A stretch of 64,000 nucleotides of DNA from Pristiophorus japonicus. Its lineage: Eukaryota. Numbering within the stretch: position 1 is the stretch's first letter; the number at the start of each line of letters is the position of its first letter. Below, piece by piece: positions 62,902-64,000 of the stretch. A program made the position numbers and the translations under genes. The notes below the pieces were generated by a model. That model did no database searches. It was given only the letters and a program-made list of their open reading frames with translations, and had not been told where the DNA came from. Where the stretch lies: the NCBI RefSeq assembly GCF_044704955.1, contig NC_091979.1:62558001-62622000 (forward strand), written 5' to 3'.

Positions 62902-64000
62902 CACTCCGTAGCTGCCCTCCTGGGCCAACTGCAGACTCAACACCTTACCATGGCCAGGCAAAGCAGATATGAGATCTACTTACTAAACAATCCTAAGCTG
63001 ACCTTTCGGCACTGTACTGCAATTAATCCGGTCTGTTTTCTTACTGAGCCACCCCAAGATGAGGAAGAACCCAGTCATGATTGTTTATCTTTAATTCAAG
63101 AGGCCACATCAGTCAGGGAAGATGTTGACGGAAGTTCTTCTATTAATCCAGAAGGTACACGAATCTCAGGATACGCCATAGTAAACCAGGAGAATCAGGT
63201 CTTGGAATCTGCCGCTTTTGAAACCGCCTATTCTGCCCAACAAGCTGAACTATTCGCCCTCACCCGAGCCTGTATCTTGGCCAAAGACCTTAAAGTCAAT
63301 ATCTATACCGACTCTAGGTATGCCTTTGGGGTGGCCCATGATTTCGGACAATTATGGAAAAATAGGGGATTCCTAACCTCACAGGGGAATGAGATATCCC
63401 ATAAGCAACTAGTATCTGATTTGTTGCAAGCCCTCATGCTCCCCAAGCACATTGCCGTTGTTAAATGTACCGCCCACACTACCGGAAATTCTCTGGTTGA
63501 TATAGGGAATCGTTGTGCTGACCAAGAGGCTAAACAGGCCTCTCGTGACCAACAGATGGTAGTGCCCAAAATGATGAGTCAGACTAAAAATCCTGCGAAG
63601 GATAAGTTAGCCTCGGAAAAACCAATGCCAACCATCCAAGATGTTATCAAAGCACAGGAGGACGCTCCTGAAAAAGATAAACTGTTGTGCAAATATTATG
63701 GATGTACTTATGACAATGTTTCTAAACTCTGGACCACTCCCGCGGAACAGACTTGCATGTCTGACGAGTTGGCTCTATGGGTTATTGAATGTATGCATTT
63801 TGCTACTCATTGTGGAGCAAGGACCACGAGTGACACACTTTTGGCTACTTGGTGGCACCCTAGACTCCAGGCGCTCACCCAGAACATCAGTAGTCGTTGC
63901 CTGGTTTGCCAGCAACATAATCCAGGGAAGGGAATCCCCTGTGATTGGGGTAAAACGCCCCTACCCGAAGGTCCCTTTGAGACATTTCAGTTGGACTACA
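62902..64000 (+). pseudogene. pol: ERV pol C-terminal part: RNase H and integrase N-terminus (frame open to the window end, not in the ORF track)
   Basis: VDGSS..SAQQAELFAL..NIYTDSRYAFGVAH..GNRCAD; H-FAT-H..CLVC (HHCC); PFETFQLDY. Confidence 0.9.

Larger units (their letters stand above)
59860..64000 (+). mobile_element. Defective class I (epsilon-like) endogenous retrovirus, running off the window end
   Basis: Domain order gag-PR-2H-RT remnant-RNase H-IN; single CCHC knuckle; gag and pro in the same frame; no 5' LTR or PBS seen. Confidence 0.9.

Overview
Repeat-dense vertebrate DNA, most likely from a cartilaginous fish (shark). This is inferred from the repeats present: SacSINE1/Deu-domain SINEs, shark-type CR1 LINEs with (TTTCTATG)n or (TTCTTATG)n tails, RTE and L2 LINEs, and Penelope fragments. 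The only host-gene evidence I can support is a CpG-rich promoter and a signal-peptide first exon on the minus strand (20729-20660), followed by a 1.5-kb G-rich 30-bp minisatellite in intron 1. Nearly all listed ORFs are decayed retroelement fragments or low-complexity artefacts. Four observations stand out: (1) a ~2.5-kb CR1 segment (about 1640-4100) with dense, strand-specific A-to-G hypermutation in an ADAR-like context, i.e. an apparently hyper-edited RNA fixed in the genome by retrotransposition; (2) a class I (epsilon-like) ERV at the right end whose pol has a 2H-phosphoesterase (two HxT motifs) between protease and RT, a UGA-CUA gag-pro junction and a deleted RT core; (3) a palindromic Penelope-derived insertion with two degenerate hammerhead-ribozyme cores and a 13-bp TSD; (4) a 5'-inverted, twin-primed RTE insertion with a 10-bp TSD. 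All calls were made by eye, and repeat boundaries without a stated TSD are approximate.
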